64,000 nucleotides of DNA from Thecamonas trahens ATCC 50062 (Eukaryota > Protista > Apusomonadida): assembly GCF_000142905.1 (NCBI RefSeq), contig NW_013657633.1, forward strand, positions 191,855-255,854, read 5' to 3'. The position numbers and the translations under genes were made by a program. Below are positions 54,102-64,000 of the stretch, in pieces. Within the stretch, counting starts at the first letter, position 1; each line of letters starts with the position of its first letter. Below the pieces are notes generated by a model. The model made no database searches. It was not told where the DNA came from and was given only the letters and a program-made list of their open reading frames with translations.

Positions 54102-57100
54102 ATGCACGCTTCTACATTGCTTGTAGTGGCTATGACCATGGCTGTGGGTGTAAGCTGCCTCATTGGCCTCGTGGTGGCAAGGGAAGTCCCGTCGTGTACC
54201 AGCCCGGAACCTTCGGCATGTCTTGACTCGGCGCCTTTTTTCCCACTGGCGAGCAACGTGGAGAACCATGTTGTTGCCCTCCTCACCACGTCACAGCTCA
54301 TGATGGCCAACATTTCATCAACTCTGCCGCATCAATGTTTTCATCACGCCACCCTCTCGCTGGCGTCGCCTCTCTCGTCCTCGTCCTCTGCTTCGTTGTT
54401 CTTTGTCAATGCAGAGCTCAACGGCAATGCCTTCATCGATGAGTTTGTCGCCGTCGTCTGGTCGCCGGCGTTTGACATTCAGCATGCTGCCTCTTTCTCG
54501 ACTCTGATGGCGAGTACTAGTCCGGCTGTTCCAGCATTGTCTGTCATGCACTCGGCCGAGATGATCGGAAAGTTTCTCCTCGTCGCCGCCGACGTGGCTG
54601 GATCGGCAAAGCTCCTTGTCTATGCCCGGTCGTCAGGCTTTTCCGCTCTTGACTACGAGATCACCGCGGCGCCAGTGAGCGCCTCTGGGTCGCTTTGCGT
54701 CTCGTCGGCGCCAGATCGATCTGCGCTTGTCCTTGCCATTGCCGACGGTGCCTCGCTCTCGGCCTTTATCTGGCGCCCGGCGTCGCCAGCCTCACTCGCC
54801 TCCTTTCCGCTCCCGGCGGCGTACACCGCACCACTTGGTGCCGAACTCACCTCGTGCGCCATCGGCGACGTGCAAGGCTCTGGCGACCTTGCGCTTGTGG
54901 CAGGCTTTGCCTCTGTGGGTGCGCTTGTCGTCCTCCCACCCTCGGCCGCTGCCACCGCCTACAACGTCTTTGCCGATACTCTCCCTGCGGCACTCATCGG
55001 CATGAACCAGGTATCGCTCGCCTGGATGCCATCGACAAGCTCTGACGCAATCTTTGTCGGCCTGCCCGACTCGTCGCGGCTTGTCTGGGCTGCGCCGCGT
55101 GCCAGCCCGGCGCTCCTCCACTCGTTTGTCAATCTGCCCGCCGCGCCCACTGCCGTCGTCGCGCGCCACTCGGCGGCCGTTCACACCTTTGTGGCGTACT
55201 CGGTCGTTGGAAGCTCAACTCTTCGCCTAGCATCGATCACCGCTGCTGGTGTGACGTTTGCCCAGCCAGCGTCAGCCTACACCGGTCTCACCGCCAGCCA
55301 GGCCGAGGATATGGCGCTCGGGTACTTTGACACTGACGCCCACCTTGACGTCGCAGTCGCCGTTGGCAACTCGATTGTGTGGCTGACCAACACTGGCCAC
55401 GCCACCAACACCGTCTCGTTTGCCCTCGGCGGAACTGTTGCTGCAGCCACCAAGGTCGCTGACGTGGTCGCTCTCGACGTCGACGCCGATGGTGTCGACG
55501 ACATTGTCGCCTCGTGGGATACCGGCATGAGCGTGTACCACAACACCAATGGTGATGGCTCGCTCTGGACGGCATCGACCCTCACCACGGCCTATGGCGT
55601 AACTGTCATTAATATGGCGGTTGTCGACATCGACAACGACGGCGCACCCGACATTGTTGCCGGCTCGCGCAGTCCGTCCGAGCTTTTCTGGATTCGCAAC
55701 GACTGGGTCTCGTCGTCAGCCTTTGCGCCACTTGCACTCATCACTGCGCCGTCAGCCCAGGTCACAGGCACTGCTGGCGGCGACATCAACCAAGACGGAA
55801 CGACCGACGTGGTATACGTCAGCAAAGACGACGACCGCGTCGCCTGGGTCCCCCATCTCGACGGCGCGGGCTCGTTTGGCACCGCCGTCACCATCGCCAC
55901 TCTAAACGCGGTGGTCGATGTAGCAGTCGGCGACTTTGACGCAGACGGCGATCTTGACATCGCCGCCGCTGCTGCCGTAGGGATCAACGCCAACCGCGTC
56001 TTCTGGAACACTGAGGTAGCTGGATCATTTGACCCCGTTCCGCTCGTTCTTGCCTCTTCGGGTATCAAAATCCACTCGGTCGACCTTGATGCCGACGGCG
56101 ACATCGACATCCTCACAGCCGGCCAAACCCAATTTGGGACAGACGCGTACATCTCTGACGGGGCAGGCGCGTTTGCCCGCACACTTGCCGTCTACAACCT
56201 TGAGGTCCTTGCTGGTGGGAATATCAAAGAGACGCTCGCTGGTGACGTCACTGGCGACGCCGTCATTGACATCCTCTCGCTCGACCGCAGCTCGGGCACT
56301 GTCTATGGCTCTCGCGGCGTTGTTGTCCCACGTGCCATCACCCTCGCCGACACCCTCACTGACCTCACCGCTCCATTCAGTAACGTCAATCACGTCGCCG
56401 CTGCAGACTTTAATGCCGACAACAACACCGACCTTGTCATGGTTGCCGACTACTCGGACGACGTGTACCTTGTCCTTAACTCGGGCAGTGGCACTTTGGG
56501 CGCGCTCAGCCTCGGCGCTGCGCTCGCCACCAACTACGGCATTCCGCGCTATGTCCTGGCCTGCGACGTTGACTTGGACGGGGATGCCGACGTTGTTGTC
56601 GTGTACAACAGCCCGGGCGAGGTTGTTGGCTACGAGAACGACGGCACTGGCGGCTTTGGCTCGGAACGTGTGCTCGCCAGCGGCGTCTCTCCGCAAGGCG
56701 CAGTGCTTGGCGACTTGGATGGCGACGGTGACCCGGATCTTGTGGTCGGCTTTGATGACTCGCTCGAGCTCCACCGCAACGCCGACGGCGGTTGGTCATA
56801 CGTCTTGCTTGCCGTCCTTGACACTGCGCTTGGGCACGATGTGACAGCGCTCGAGCTGGCAGACGTCAACGGCGACACGTACGTTGATGTTGTTGCTGGC
56901 ACCAACAACGCCGCCTCGTTTGGTCTTGTGTGGCTGCCGAACACCGACGGCGCTGCCTCGTTTGGCAGCCGCAGTATCATCGAGGCGGCGGTGAACAGGA
57001 ATTTGGACTCGATTGCCACTGGCGACGTCGACTCGGACGGCGACGTCGACATTGTTGCTGCTGTCTCGGATAACCGGCGACTGCGGCTGTACCGCAACGT

Positions 57101-60100
57101 GAACGGGCTGGGGACGTTTGGCGCCTTTGAGGTTCTTGTCGAGGGCCTGGTCACTCCGCGTTGGATCTCGCTCGTCGACATCGATGCCGATGGCGACCTT
57201 GACGTGGCGGCGGTGGCCGATGGTGCTGCCACATTCTTTGTGCAGTACAACGTGGAGGGTCTTGGCGGCTTCTCCACCCCGGTCTACGTCGACATGTCGA
57301 CGCCTGATTTGAACCATGTTGTCCTGCTAGACTTTGACGGCGACGCCTTTGTTGACTTTGTCACCGTCTCGCGGGCCAACGGAGGAAGCGACAAGTCGGA
57401 CCTTCGTGTCTACTCGTCAGCGCCGTCGCTTCATCCGCTTGTTGCGGAAACAGTGGCGGTGACGTGTACTACGGTTGGCTGCATCGAGACTGCTATTGCA
57501 GCTGCTCCGCCGTGTACCCACACCCGGATTGAGCTTGCGCCGGCCGCCGTCATCGGCTGCTTTCCGGAGCACCATCACGAGGTTGCGACCAAGTCGGTGG
57601 TGGTTGCTGCCGCCGTCCCGGGCACAGTCATCATCGACTGTGGGGCCGGGACCGGAGTCGGCCTCTTCCACGTCACTGCGGGAGCACACCTTGTGTTTGA
57701 CGGGCTCGTGATTCGCGGCGGCAACGCCAACGCGCTCTCGATTGCGCCGCGGCAGGGATTGCTCCGTGTCTCGGGCCGCGGTTCTGTCCTCGTCCTCCGC
57801 AACTGTGTGTTTGACGCCAGCGTGAGCGGCGGCGCGGTGGGAGTCGAGGCTGGTGGGGCGCTCGAGGCAGTCGATGTTGTTTTTGCGGACGTGCGCCTCG
57901 CCAAGCTCTCAGGCGCAGCCCGCGACGCGGTCCCGGCACGCCAGGGCGCGGTCGAGGGTGGGGCGGTCCTCCGCGTCTCGGGTGCAGGCTCGTCAGCAAC
58001 GCTTACCAACGTGAGCATGGCGCGGTGCGGGCCTGCGGATGACCTCTATGGCGCAGTCGGCGGCGCGGTGCTGGTCGAGGCTGCACCGGGCGTGAGTCTT
58101 CGGCTTGTCCGCGATGTGGTCATTGCCGATGGAGCCGGGTTGCCGTTTGTGGGCGGTGCAGTGGCGGTGGTCGGCGCCAATGCGTTGGCCGACATGACCG
58201 ACTTGGCGGTGGAGGTGGGCGGCGGGATGTTTGCCCGCAACCGCGCGGTGTGGGGCGGGGCGCTGGGCGTGGCCGACTCGCTTGCAGTTCTCCCGCCGCA
58301 CCAGTCTGGGCGCGAGTACGGCTCGACGTCACTGGTTCTCGATGCGGCGGCGCCAGCCGGCGGAGCGAGCGCGCATGTGGCAGTGGACATGACGGGTGCT
58401 GGGCTCGTGTCCAACTCGGCGACGTACGGCGGGGCAGTGTTTGTGTGCGGGGCTCGAGTCGTCGGTGCGCCCGGAACCGCGGCGGGGAACTCGGCAGAAA
58501 GCGGCGGCGGCTTTGGCTTTGTTTGCCACTCGCCGGCGCTCGGCATTGGCCCGCTTGTTGCACCTGCTAGCCACCCGTGGCTCTCGGCGGGCGCGAATAG
58601 CAACGCGATCATCGATTCGAGAGCAAGCTACGGCGAGGTGTGGGCGTCTGGTGTGGCGTCTGCGACTGTGGTCAAGGCCGTGCAAGCTGAGCTCATGGTG
58701 GGACAAAGCCTGAATCCATCGCCGCAGGTTGAGTACCGCGACGTGTTTGGCACGCCTGTGGTTGACGAGCGAGTGGCGGTTGTGGCTACGGCGGCGGTGG
58801 CGCCGGCGACTGCGGCGAGCGATGTGGCTTTGCTGGCGGGGACTCGGACGGAGACGCTTCTCTCGTCGCCACTTGCAGTGTTTGCCTCGACGACGGCGTC
58901 GCTGCTATCACGTGAGGCACTTGACGAGACGCCGGACCTTCGTCTGGCGCTTAGTCTTGGCGGGACGCGGTTGCCGGCGGTGACTGTTGGGAGCGTGGCC
59001 TTGGCGGCGTGCGGCGATGGGTTTGGGCTGGACTTGGATGCGGCGAACCAGATCCCGGCCGAGTACCGATGCAGCACGTGCGCGACCGGGACGGTGTCGA
59101 GCGAGACAAGCTTGGCAGTCTGTACCGCAACGTTTGTCTGTCCCGAGCCGTCTGTCCTTGCTACGCCGACGCTCTGCCTACTCTGCCCCAAGGACACGTT
59201 CTTTGCAGCCGATGCGTTTGCCGCTGCGCTGGCCAACGGGACAGTCACCAACAGCGCGACTGCAAGCGAAGCGTCGGCGTACTGTGGATGCGTGTCAGGG
59301 TACTGGTCGCCGGCGGGGCGTGATCCGACGACGCCATGCGTGGAGTGCCCGCGCGGCGCGCGGTGCAGGGCCGGTCTGCAGCAGCGGCCCGAGGCCCTGG
59401 CGGGCTTTTTCGACATGGGCAGCGCAAACGGCGAGCCCAAGTTTGTCGAGTGCCCGCGGCGGAAGCAGTGTGCAGGCGGGCGGCTGGGAGCCTCGTGCGC
59501 GGCGGGCGCTACTGGCCGGTTCTGCGCACGGTGCTTGGACGAATGGTTCCCTGCGCCACAGGGCGAGTGCGTCAAATGCTCGGCGTCTTCGCTGGGCGCG
59601 ATGGTTGCTGTTCTTGTGCTGGTGGTGGGGCTGGTCATGGCCGTGATCGGGGTCTCGCTGCGCAAGATGGGTGAGGTGCGAGCCGGAGGCGGCGAAATCC
59701 GCGCCGAGGGCGAGGAGCGCGGCGACGTATTGCTGCTGCGGCTGGACTCGCGGCATCCTGCGTCTCGGGTGCCTCGTGCGCTCTCTGCACTGCTGCTCTA
59801 TCTTCAGGTGCTGGACCTGCTGGGCAAGTCCGACTTTAACTGGCCGAGCTCTGTTGACCATGCGGTGGGCGTGGCGTCTGTGGGCGCGTTGGATGTGGGT
59901 GCGTTCATCAGCACGTGCGATACTGGGACGTTCTACACGGCGTACATGATCAAGGCGCTACTGCCGATTGGTCTTGGGCTGCTCGCCAGCTGTGGGTTGG
60001 TGGGATATGGGCTCGGGCGTGGGCGGCTGGGCGAGAGCTTGGCGACGCTGCAGCGTGTGGTGATCACTGTGGGTCCGCTGATGTACATTCCGTGCGCCAA

Positions 60101-60947
60101 GGCGATTCTCACGATTTTCGACTGCACCAAGCTTCCTGATGGGACGTACTACCTTGATGCGGATCTTGCGGAGCGGTGCGGGTCGTCTGAGTGGGTCTTT
60201 GCTGCTACAGGGGTAGGCTTCCCAGCGACGGTGCTGTTTGTGGTCGGCCTGCCGGCGTTTATCGGCAGCTCGTTGTGGCGGGCGCGGCAGCGGCTGTACA
60301 CGCGCGAGGTTGTTGGGCGGCTTGGGTCTGTCTACACGGCGTTCCGCGAGTCGTTCTGGTGGTTCGAGGTCGCGCTGCTGGGCAAGCGGCTTGTGCTTGT
60401 AGGCGTGGCGCTCTTCCTCTCGTCGTTGCAAATCTGGCTTGTGGGCGGGCTGCTTGCGGTGTTCCTCGGCTTTGCGGCGATCCAGCTGAAGCACGAGCCG
60501 TTCTTCCGGCCAGTGCACAACACGCTGGAAGTGCGGCTCAACGTGGCGCTCTCATTTGTTCTCCTCTTTGGCTTTGTCTTTTACGCAGACCGATTCCCCA
60601 ACTCGGGTTCGCGGTTGGTGTGCGAGATCCTCCTCTTTTCAGCGATCGGGCTCGGGCTTGCGGCGATTGCGGTTGCAGCGCTGGCTGAAGTCCGCGAGGC
60701 GCGGCGTGCACGCGTGAGCGCGGCGGCCTTTGTCGGCGAGCGCGACGCCGAGTCGTCGCGGCTGCGGGCCTGGAAGCGAGTCTCTGATGCTGCCAGTGAG
60801 TTTGTGCCGCCGGAGCAGCTCGAGGCGTGGCAAGCAGCGGTGCTCCACCCAGACCTTGGCGAGGAGACGTCTGTCGAGCTTGGCAAGGTGGCGATAGACA
60901 GCAGCAGCAGTAGCAGCAGCAGCTTTAGCGGCAGCGGCAGCTTGTAG
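54102..60947 (+). CDS. Giant adhesion-type receptor: signal peptide, many FG-GAP/VCBS repeats, beta-helix-like GGA(V/L) repeats, Cys-rich stalk, about 7 TM helices
   Basis: More than 12 DxDxDGxxD loops (GDFDADGDLDIA, GDLDGDGDPDLV); GGAV...FARN motifs; CVECPRGARC; TM region with FDCTK...YLDADLAERC and LGSVYTAFRESFWWFE. Confidence 0.88.
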   Translation: MHASTLLVVAMTMAVGVSCLIGLVVAREVPSCTSPEPSACLDSAPFFPLASNVENHVVALLTTSQLMMANISSTLPHQCFHHATLSLASPLSSSSSASLFFVNAELNGNAFIDEFVAVVWSPAFDIQHAASFSTLMASTSPAVPALSVMHSAEMIGKFLLVAADVAGSAKLLVYARSSGFSALDYEITAAPVSASGSLCVSSAPDRSALVLAIADGASLSAFIWRPASPASLASFPLPAAYTAPLGAELTSCAIGDVQGSGDLALVAGFASVGALVVLPPSAAATAYNVFADTLPAALIGMNQVSLAWMPSTSSDAIFVGLPDSSRLVWAAPRASPALLHSFVNLPAAPTAVVARHSAAVHTFVAYSVVGSSTLRLASITAAGVTFAQPASAYTGLTASQAEDMALGYFDTDAHLDVAVAVGNSIVWLTNTGHATNTVSFALGGTVAAATKVADVVALDVDADGVDDIVASWDTGMSVYHNTNGDGSLWTASTLTTAYGVTVINMAVVDIDNDGAPDIVAGSRSPSELFWIRNDWVSSSAFAPLALITAPSAQVTGTAGGDINQDGTTDVVYVSKDDDRVAWVPHLDGAGSFGTAVTIATLNAVVDVAVGDFDADGDLDIAAAAAVGINANRVFWNTEVAGSFDPVPLVLASSGIKIHSVDLDADGDIDILTAGQTQFGTDAYISDGAGAFARTLAVYNLEVLAGGNIKETLAGDVTGDAVIDILSLDRSSGTVYGSRGVVVPRAITLADTLTDLTAPFSNVNHVAAADFNADNNTDLVMVADYSDDVYLVLNSGSGTLGALSLGAALATNYGIPRYVLACDVDLDGDADVVVVYNSPGEVVGYENDGTGGFGSERVLASGVSPQGAVLGDLDGDGDPDLVVGFDDSLELHRNADGGWSYVLLAVLDTALGHDVTALELADVNGDTYVDVVAGTNNAASFGLVWLPNTDGAASFGSRSIIEAAVNRNLDSIATGDVDSDGDVDIVAAVSDNRRLRLYRNVNGLGTFGAFEVLVEGLVTPRWISLVDIDADGDLDVAAVADGAATFFVQYNVEGLGGFSTPVYVDMSTPDLNHVVLLDFDGDAFVDFVTVSRANGGSDKSDLRVYSSAPSLHPLVAETVAVTCTTVGCIETAIAAAPPCTHTRIELAPAAVIGCFPEHHHEVATKSVVVAAAVPGTVIIDCGAGTGVGLFHVTAGAHLVFDGLVIRGGNANALSIAPRQGLLRVSGRGSVLVLRNCVFDASVSGGAVGVEAGGALEAVDVVFADVRLAKLSGAARDAVPARQGAVEGGAVLRVSGAGSSATLTNVSMARCGPADDLYGAVGGAVLVEAAPGVSLRLVRDVVIADGAGLPFVGGAVAVVGANALADMTDLAVEVGGGMFARNRAVWGGALGVADSLAVLPPHQSGREYGSTSLVLDAAAPAGGASAHVAVDMTGAGLVSNSATYGGAVFVCGARVVGAPGTAAGNSAESGGGFGFVCHSPALGIGPLVAPASHPWLSAGANSNAIIDSRASYGEVWASGVASATVVKAVQAELMVGQSLNPSPQVEYRDVFGTPVVDERVAVVATAAVAPATAASDVALLAGTRTETLLSSPLAVFASTTASLLSREALDETPDLRLALSLGGTRLPAVTVGSVALAACGDGFGLDLDAANQIPAEYRCSTCATGTVSSETSLAVCTATFVCPEPSVLATPTLCLLCPKDTFFAADAFAAALANGTVTNSATASEASAYCGCVSGYWSPAGRDPTTPCVECPRGARCRAGLQQRPEALAGFFDMGSANGEPKFVECPRRKQCAGGRLGASCAAGATGRFCARCLDEWFPAPQGECVKCSASSLGAMVAVLVLVVGLVMAVIGVSLRKMGEVRAGGGEIRAEGEERGDVLLLRLDSRHPASRVPRALSALLLYLQVLDLLGKSDFNWPSSVDHAVGVASVGALDVGAFISTCDTGTFYTAYMIKALLPIGLGLLASCGLVGYGLGRGRLGESLATLQRVVITVGPLMYIPCAKAILTIFDCTKLPDGTYYLDADLAERCGSSEWVFAATGVGFPATVLFVVGLPAFIGSSLWRARQRLYTREVVGRLGSVYTAFRESFWWFEVALLGKRLVLVGVALFLSSLQIWLVGGLLAVFLGFAAIQLKHEPFFRPVHNTLEVRLNVALSFVLLFGFVFYADRFPNSGSRLVCEILLFSAIGLGLAAIAVAALAEVREARRARVSAAAFVGERDAESSRLRAWKRVSDAASEFVPPEQLEAWQAAVLHPDLGEETSVELGKVAIDSSSSSSSSFSGSGSL

Positions 60948-61143
60948 TTAAAGGTAAAGCATCGATGGGCTGGTTGGTCTGAGTACGGGTTTGAATGCGG
61001 TCATAAGGCGGCGAATCGGAGAGAGCGGGCGGCGGACGGCGGGCGAGCGGCGAGCGGCGGTCGGGCGGGCGGCGGGCAGGCGTGACTCAAAGGTGTGTCA
61101 CTCGACTCGGCGCGACGGGTACGACAAGGGTGTGGACCGGACC

Positions 61144-62568
61144 ATGTTGTGTCGCACGCTTGCCTTACTTGCCTTTGCAGCAGTTCCCGTGGTTGGAGTG
61201 GTGGCTGGGACGTTACGGCGGCGAACGAGTTTGAGCAGAGTCGCGCAGTCGAGCAGTCGACGTGGCGGCAGTTTGGTCATGAGCAGCGGTGACGGCGGCG
61301 GTCGAGCAATGGATGGACGGCGTGAATTTGAAGACGGGCAGAGCGAGGGATGCGAAAAAAGAGGATTTGTTGGAGGATTCGGGCAGTTTGGTTCTGTGCC
61401 AGTCTTTGTGGATAACGATGACTCGGTCGGGTTGGACATTGGGGGAACGTTGACCAAGATCGTCATCTTTACCCCGGCCGCCCACTCGTCAGATGTGGAG
61501 GCCTTTGTCAGGTCGTCGGACAGGTACGGCGAGACTGGGAAACATGATGTGCATCTGCAGCGGGCGGTGCCGGAGCTCGGTGGCTCGCTGTTCTTTGTCA
61601 CCTTTGAGACGTGCGCCATGTCGGGCGCCATCCGGCTTATTGAGCAATCGGGCCTGGCTGGCAATGATGGACAGAGTGAGCAGAATGGGCGGAGCGGGCG
61701 GAGCGGGCGGCTCGGGGCAACGGGTGGTGGGGCGCACAAGTATGCCGACGCCATCCGCGGCACGCTCGGCGTTGATCTGGGCAAGATGGACGAGATGCAG
61801 TGCCTGGTGGCGGGCATGGCGTTCCTGCTCACGTCTGTGGGTGAGGAGGCGTACTCGCTCGAGTTTGACCGGCCGGAGCGGGCGACGGCTGAGGCGACGC
61901 GTGCGGCGCTGCTCGAGTTTGCGGTCTCGCGCAAGTCGTGGGAGGTGCCGCGGTCAATCTCGGGCGGAGCGTTTCCGTTCCTCTTGGTCAACATCGGGTC
62001 CGGCGTCTCTGTCATTCTCGCCGAGTCGTTTGACACGTTCTCGCGGGTCTCGGGCACAGCGCTGGGCGGAGCCACCTTTCTGGGCCTCGCCAAGCTGCTG
62101 CTTGGGGTGGAGACGTTTGACGAGGCGCTGGATCTTGCGGAGCAGGGCGACGTGACCAAGGTCAACATGACGGTGGGCGACATCTACGGCGGCGACTACG
62201 TGGGCTCTGACTTTGTGCTGCCGGCGTCGCTGACGGCGTCGTGCTTTGGCAAGCTTGTGGCGCGGGCCGGGACGCCTGCGGCGACCGACGCGGCGCAGCA
62301 CTCGCGGGCGGATCTCGCCCTGGCGCTGCTGGTCATGATCTCACAGAACGTGGCGCAGGTCGGGTTCCTCAACGCTCAGCGACTGGGCATGGACCGGATC
62401 TTCTTTACGGGCAACTTTCTGCGGCACGAGCCGAAGCGGCACACGCCGATTGCGCAGCGGACGCTCGCGTTCTACGTCGCGCTCTGGTCGCAGGGCGAGA
62501 TGGAGGCGCTGTTTATGCGGCACGAGGGGTACTGCGGCGCGGCGGGCGCGCTTGTGCTGGAGCAGTAG
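61144..62568 (+). CDS. PANK: Type II (eukaryotic) pantothenate kinase with a hydrophobic N-terminal extension
   Basis: GLDIGGTLTK, ATGGGAHKY, DEMQCLVAG, FPFLLVNIGSGVS, RVSGTALGGATFLGL, VGDIYGGDY, HEGYCGAAGA. Confidence 0.95.
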   Translation: MLCRTLALLAFAAVPVVGVVAGTLRRRTSLSRVAQSSSRRGGSLVMSSGDGGGRAMDGRREFEDGQSEGCEKRGFVGGFGQFGSVPVFVDNDDSVGLDIGGTLTKIVIFTPAAHSSDVEAFVRSSDRYGETGKHDVHLQRAVPELGGSLFFVTFETCAMSGAIRLIEQSGLAGNDGQSEQNGRSGRSGRLGATGGGAHKYADAIRGTLGVDLGKMDEMQCLVAGMAFLLTSVGEEAYSLEFDRPERATAEATRAALLEFAVSRKSWEVPRSISGGAFPFLLVNIGSGVSVILAESFDTFSRVSGTALGGATFLGLAKLLLGVETFDEALDLAEQGDVTKVNMTVGDIYGGDYVGSDFVLPASLTASCFGKLVARAGTPAATDAAQHSRADLALALLVMISQNVAQVGFLNAQRLGMDRIFFTGNFLRHEPKRHTPIAQRTLAFYVALWSQGEMEALFMRHEGYCGAAGALVLEQ

Positions 62569-62589
62569 TGCAGGACGAGGAGTTGCTCT

Positions 62590-63645
62590 TCACAAGGAGA
62601 AGAACTGGGCCATGACCGAGTTTGTGTCCGTGCCCGAGCCGCCCGAGTTTGCAGGCTGCTGGGTGGTGGGCTTCTTCTTCTTCTTGATCCACTTAAAGTA
62701 GACAACGAGGATGATGGTGACGACGAGGAAGAGGATGATGGAGGCGATGATGAGCTTGTTGACGACGGAGCGGCGCTGCATGGAGCGAATGAACCGGCCA
62801 CCGCGGCCGATGTTGGCGTCGGCGACGTGGAGGTTTGACCGCATGCGGTTGATCTGTTCGCGGTTCTCGCCGAGCGTGCTGAGGATCTCGCCGCCAGTGG
62901 CCTCTGTCTCGAGTGCGATCCGCTGGATGTCCTGGATGCGCTCCGAGTCGCGGTGGAGCTGACGGGTCGAGTCGAGCAGCCGCTCACGCTGGTCCATTGA
63001 GCGCTGAGCAACCTCCTCGTCGTAGTCGCCCATCAGCGCCGACCGCGCTGCATCGGCCTTGGGCAGCGCAAACTTGGCCTCACGGAACTCCTTCCGCAGC
63101 TTGGCCAGCGCCACCTCGCACTCGGTCAGCTTGGACTGATGCCTGGCAGCCTCAGACCGCGGGAGTGACTCGAGCTCAAACGACATTTGTTGGATCTGTG
63201 CGGTTTGCGGGCGTTTGCGAGTTTGATGACAACAATGGCGATGATGATGATGTGAGTGAGTTGGGGGGGCGGGGGGGGGGGGGGGGTAGGGGAGTGGGGA
63301 GGGATGGAGCGTACCACCGACTCGGCCTCATCGAGCTGTTGCTGTGTCTCTGCCACGGCGTCCTTCTTCTCAGCTGCCATTGAGCGAGTTGTGAGTGTGG
63401 GGATGTGGTTGTGTGGGGTGCGTGCTGGGGTTGAAACCCATTTGGAGAGGGGCCAAAATTGATGTCAGATTGGATATGAATGGAGCGAACGAGGTTGGGG
63501 CACGAGGTCGGCGGAGGGAGGAGGGTGGCTGGTGTGGGCAATACGTACCTCCTGAGAGAGAGGGAATGTTGTAGACATTGCGGGAAATGTCGAGAGTAAT
63601 GTCACCAAAGTCAGAGGCATACTCGGAGAACAGAGAGTCTCCCAT
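62590..63645 (-). CDS. VTI1: VTI1 Qb-SNARE; exons 63645-63549, 63373-63315, 63195-62590
   Basis: LFSEYASDF N-terminus; LDEAESVIQQMSFELESLP; DQRERLL; RIALETEATGGEILSTLGENREQI; TM; two phase-consistent GTACG introns. Confidence 0.93.
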
Positions 63646-64000
63646 GGTCTCGCCCGTACAATGCCCGAGACGCGTGTGCGACGTCGTCTGAAGAACGGCT
63701 TGTCGCTTGTCGCTGGCTCACCTCGTTGACGTTCGCTCACTCGTCGGCTCGATGGCCGTGCCGGTGGGGTCATCAACTCGCAGTCACTTTTGCGTCGACC
63801 AGCTTGCATGCTACGGGTCGATCTGAATTGGGTTGCATGGTGAGGTGGAGCAGATGTAGCTGGGTGTGTGTGTGTGTGTGTGTGTGTGTGGTGGGTGTTG
63901 GCATGGGCTAGTTGGCGGCTGTTCCTGCTCTCAGACCAGATCACGACGTCAAGTCGATCCGAGGGTGGGGGGTGGGGGTGGAAGGGGAGGGGGGAGGGGG

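Noticed and set aside
1-64000. Transposon, retroelement or endogenous virus
   Set aside because: No transposase, reverse transcriptase, integrase or capsid motifs were recognised in any frame.

Overview
This is GC-rich, gene-dense, intron-poor eukaryotic nuclear DNA from a flagellated protist (it carries CFAP69 and a tubulin glutamylase). Codon style, GTACG donor sites and the FG-GAP/7TM receptor are consistent with an apusomonad such as Thecamonas; that taxon call is inference only. About 27 protein-coding genes are supported: a RUN-domain fragment, Prp18, a PKA regulatory subunit, SMU1, DENN-WD40, VAMP7, SDHAF4, two divergent surface receptors, TTLL4/5, a giant ankyrin protein, RNF212/Zip3-like, CD2BP2, CFAP69, SLC35A, a tandem glutathionyl-hydroquinone reductase, PPT, an M11-like metalloprotease-SH3 receptor, GRAMD4-like, a PDCD4-N-like microprotein, an FG-GAP/7TM receptor, PanK, VTI1 and several orphans. 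There are also three identical tRNA-Asp(GTC) genes, several minisatellites and two assembly gaps. The main leads are: (1) a head-to-head receptor pair that divides integrin-beta modules and tail motifs between the two genes; (2) a spliced 77-aa stand-alone PDCD4 N-terminal-motif microprotein missed by the ORF track; (3) a PKA-R subunit with its own C-terminal transmembrane hairpin; (4) a membrane metalloprotease with a cytoplasmic, highly basic SH3 domain; (5) four genes each short by exactly one nucleotide in a short run, probably assembly error but testable; (6) a meiotic RNF212/Zip3-like gene. All family assignments come from motif recognition by eye; no database search was run.
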